Part shown: positions 26,281-28,903 of the stretch, piece by piece
Layout of the letters: every line of letters starts with the position of its first letter
How positions within the stretch are numbered: position 1 is the first letter of the stretch
Assembly: GCA_039801885.1 (NCBI GenBank)
Contig: JBDRVN010000019.1
Span: 1-28,903, forward strand
Source: a candidate division WOR-3 bacterium
Lineage (GTDB): Bacteria; Hydrothermota; Tepidihabitantia; Tepidihabitantales; DTDR01
DNA: 28,903 nt
Reading direction: 5' to 3'
Notes under the pieces: generated by a model
Seen by the model: the letters and a program-made list of their open reading frames with translations, nothing else
What the model was told of the DNA's origin: nothing
Databases searched by the model: none
Made by a program: the position numbers and the translations under genes

Positions 26281-27282
26281 CTAAATATCTTTTATCCTTT
26301 CCCAAATTTTTGATTTCTTTTGGTATTCCGGATATTTAGAATAAAGTTCTTTTAACAATTGGAGTAAAGTATATTTCTGGTATTTGGTTTTTAACTTGGC
26401 TATTTCTTTTATTAAATTCTTATCAATTTTATTAATAATATTGATTATCCTTTGGGCTTCTTTTAAACCTTTTTCGGTTAGTCGGTATTCACAAATTACT
26501 TCTTCATCAAAATAACCAATTATCTCTTTCTCAATCTCGGAAATCTTTAATTTGGGATGTAAAATCTTTTTTACCAATCCCTTTTCTATTAAATCTTCTA
26601 AATCAAAATAAACCTTCTTAGCAAAGGGACCTAATGAATAAGGAAGAAAACGATAATAATTTTTAAAATATTTATCAATATTCAACTCCCTTTTTAATAA
26701 AAACAGAAACTTCATCAGCCGAGTTATTCCGAAAACCTTATTAAAAATTGCTAACAACAGAATAATTGAATCAGGTCTTTTTATCTCCTCTTTTTCCTTT
26801 ATTCTTTCTTTTATCTTTTCCCATATTTTTTCTTTCTCTTTCTCACTCAGAATCTTCATCTCGCCAATTGCTTTGAGAAATTTCTCAGTTTTCTTTTGGA
26901 TAACAATCTCTTCTTTTATTATTTCGGGTAGATTATTTATTTTTTTCTCTTCTTCTTCCATAATTGAAACAAGATAATCAATCTTATCCTCTTCTAATTT
27001 CTCAAAAACTTTTCTAATCTTTCTCTTCTCCTTTTTAAGGAAAAAAAGTAAGAGATATTCATTTGGTTTTAGGTATCTTTTTAAATTATCCCAATCTTCT
27101 ATTATCAAAAAACTTTTTCCGTCAAAAAGATAGGCAGTAAATTTCAATTTCCTAAAAATCTCTAACAGTGAAAGGTTTTCATAAGAAGCCGCAAGATAAA
27201 ATAAATTCCTTTTCTTATCCAAAAAATTTTTTGCCTTTTTTAGAAAATCAAAATCACCTTTTATCAAATAAACATCCGCCAT
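26281..27282 (-). CDS. Cytoplasmic protein with C-terminal Panacea/SocA (DUF4065/YwgA)-like winged-helix domain
   Basis: GITRLMKFLFLL...YRFLPYSLGPFAKKVYFDLEDL...GLV...YRLTEKG...LLKELYSKYPEY. SD AAGGAGG lies in the end of the sigma gene. Confidence 0.7.
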   Translation of the reverse strand: MADVYLIKGDFDFLKKAKNFLDKKRNLFYLAASYENLSLLEIFRKLKFTAYLFDGKSFLIIEDWDNLKRYLKPNEYLLLFFLKKEKRKIRKVFEKLEEDKIDYLVSIMEEEEKKINNLPEIIKEEIVIQKKTEKFLKAIGEMKILSEKEKEKIWEKIKERIKEKEEIKRPDSIILLLAIFNKVFGITRLMKFLFLLKRELNIDKYFKNYYRFLPYSLGPFAKKVYFDLEDLIEKGLVKKILHPKLKISEIEKEIIGYFDEEVICEYRLTEKGLKEAQRIINIINKIDKNLIKEIAKLKTKYQKYTLLQLLKELYSKYPEYQKKSKIWERIKDI

Positions 27283-27284
27283 TT

Positions 27285-27821
27285 TTAACCCTCCTTTTTC
27301 AAATATTTTTCTTTAATTCCCTTGGGAACTTTTTGGGAAATAATTCCTTTAATTTTAAAAATACTCTTCTTTATTGCTCCCTCACTGGTATTTTTCTTTT
27401 GGGCAATCTCTTTTATTTGATAACCTTTTAAAAAATATAACTCATAAATCTCATAAAGATTTTCATTCAAAAACTTCTTGGCAATCTCATTTGTTTTATC
27501 ATATTCACTTCTTTTGATAAAAAGTTCTTCTTGGCTTGGTGAATTATCTGGAATATTTTCATCTAATGGTAAATCCCTATTTCTTTCTCTCAAATAATCA
27601 ATAGCGATATGCTTGGCAGTAGTTATTAACCATCCACAAATTGTCTTACTTTTTACTTTAACAAAAGGGTTCCATTTACTAAATTTCTCAAAGGTTTCGG
27701 CAACCACATCCTTTGCTAAATTTTCATCTTTTAATATTTTCAATGCCTTATTAAAAATTATATCAGAATATTCCCTAAAAACCTCTTCCAAAATTTTTTC
27801 TTTGTTCATCTCTTCCTTCAT
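27285..27821 (-). CDS. ECF-family RNA polymerase sigma factor
   Basis: Region 2 (AKDVVAETF...GWLITTAKHIAIDYLR) and region 4 HTH (GYQIKEIAQKKNTSEGAIKKSIFK). 178 aa, with an alternative start at Met5. Confidence 0.9.
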   Translation of the reverse strand: MKEEMNKEKILEEVFREYSDIIFNKALKILKDENLAKDVVAETFEKFSKWNPFVKVKSKTICGWLITTAKHIAIDYLRERNRDLPLDENIPDNSPSQEELFIKRSEYDKTNEIAKKFLNENLYEIYELYFLKGYQIKEIAQKKNTSEGAIKKSIFKIKGIISQKVPKGIKEKYLKKEG

Positions 27822-27860
27822 AAAAATAAAACTAAAAATTTTGGCAATCTACCACCTTTA

Positions 27861-27888
27861 ATAATAAGATTAAAAATTTAATAGTCAA
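27861..27888 (-). promoter_or_regulatory. Sigma70-type promoter of the ECF sigma operon
   Basis: Minus strand TTGACT-N16-TATTAT. Confidence 0.5.
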
Positions 27889-27944
27889 AAATTAGAAATA
27901 TAAAATGAGATTACTTGGTAATTTAAAAGAATATAATCTTACTT

Positions 27945-28903
27945 TTATTTTTCCTTTATAAACTTATCCAAATTTAAAAATGGGTCAATATTTAAATCTA
28001 TTATCTCCTCTATCTCTTTATCTTCAATTGCTTTTACCTGAGTTTGAAAATCTTTATAATAAGTGATAAAAATATTCACATCCTTTTTTGCCTTTTCTAT
28101 TATGGGATAGATAAAATAAGGGCTATGGGTGGAAATAAAGTATTGATTACTCTCGTCAGAGGCAATTTTCTCGGCAAGAAGCTTTGTATAATGAGGAAAG
28201 GAATGGGCTTCCGGCTCCTCAAGAATGAGTATCGAATTCTCATTAGTCTCTATTGCGATTAAATAAAAAATAATCCTTTGGAGAGTATAAGAAAGAAGCG
28301 AATAAGGATAAGCAATTACTACATCTTCAATCTCTTTTTGGACTTCAATACTTTGCTCATTAGGTTTCAAAACAATCTTCAATTCGAAGGGCTTAACTAA
28401 CTCGTTAATTCTCTTTCTTAAATCCTTATTCATCAACAAGATCTCCAATAAATTATCTCCGCGTGGTGGCAACAGATAGGGCTCTCGTAAGGCAGTAGAA
28501 AAATAATTAATAACCTCAAATTTATAAAATTTAAAAGGATTTTTCTCAGCCGATAATAATCTACCATCTACATAATCTTGAAAATTAAGAGAAAAAGAGA
28601 AAAATAAATTATCTCCTTTTCGACATTCGCCAACAAAAGTATCAACAGCAAATTTCAACTCCAATTCAAACTCATCAGCCCCAATAAAAATTGGTTTTTC
28701 AATCTCATTATCATAAAAAAGATTAGTGGTTGTTTCGTAACGGATAAGTTTCTTAAAAGGATAATCCGAACCCAAAATAAAGGGAAAGGAAAAAATTCCC
28801 ACACTTTCCAAAATGTTTGATTTACCGGTATTCGGCTCACCAATAAAAATATTTACTCTTTTACAATCTAATTTCAATTCCTTTATTGACTTAAAATTCC
28901 TGA
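27945..28903 (-). CDS. ABC-type ATPase of the AAA_15/AAA_21 family, start codon outside window
   Basis: The frame stays open to the window edge (..RNFKSIKELKLD..). Walker A GEPNTGKS, signature region LLSYTLQR, Walker B ILILEEPEAH and H-loop STHS. Confidence 0.88.
   Translation of the reverse strand, partial: RNFKSIKELKLDCKRVNIFIGEPNTGKSNILESVGIFSFPFILGSDYPFKKLIRYETTTNLFYDNEIEKPIFIGADEFELELKFAVDTFVGECRKGDNLFFSFSLNFQDYVDGRLLSAEKNPFKFYKFEVINYFSTALREPYLLPPRGDNLLEILLMNKDLRKRINELVKPFELKIVLKPNEQSIEVQKEIEDVVIAYPYSLLSYTLQRIIFYLIAIETNENSILILEEPEAHSFPHYTKLLAEKIASDESNQYFISTHSPYFIYPIIEKAKKDVNIFITYYKDFQTQVKAIEDKEIEEIIDLNIDPFLNLDKFIKEK

Noticed and set aside
1491-28843. Remaining 60-130 aa ORFs in the track that overlap longer genes
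   Set aside because: Antisense or alternate-frame overlaps with well-supported CDSs, with no motifs or RBS.

Overview
Very AT-rich (roughly 30% GC by eye), gene-dense bacterial chromosome segment. The secreted proteins with Kelch/CARDB modules and T9SS-like C-termini suggest an anaerobic FCB-related lineage such as candidate division WOR-3 (inference). Left to right: (1) 3'-truncated murA and an upstream hypothetical gene on the minus strand. (2) A divergent signalling operon: lipoprotein, GAF/sigma54 enhancer-binding protein, Ser/Thr kinase with PEGA domains, secreted Kelch protein and TPR-membrane protein. It contains an internal sigma54 -24/-12 promoter, and a second, degenerate one precedes a secreted triple carboxypeptidase-regulatory-like protein. 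(3) An unannotated 56-codon ORF behind an ECF-type promoter. (4) A 7-gene operon: SAM methyltransferase, corrinoid protein, two MtaA-like Zn methyltransferases, a RACo activator and two 2-hydroxyacyl-CoA dehydratase-family subunits. (5) A three-gene cassette with two tandem BrxD/DUF2791-like ATPases (one with an N-terminal PcrA-Tudor-like domain) and no other BREX genes, coupled to purC. (6) A large secreted SBBP-propeller/CARDB/Kelch protein whose 5' leader can form a pseudoknot or an anti-SD pairing. (7) Two small membrane-anchored proteins, an ECF sigma factor paired with a Panacea/SocA-like domain protein, and a 5'-truncated AAA_15/21-type ATPase. Several transcripts appear leaderless. No rRNA, tRNA, CRISPR array or transposase was seen. 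All family calls come from motif recognition by eye, not database searches.
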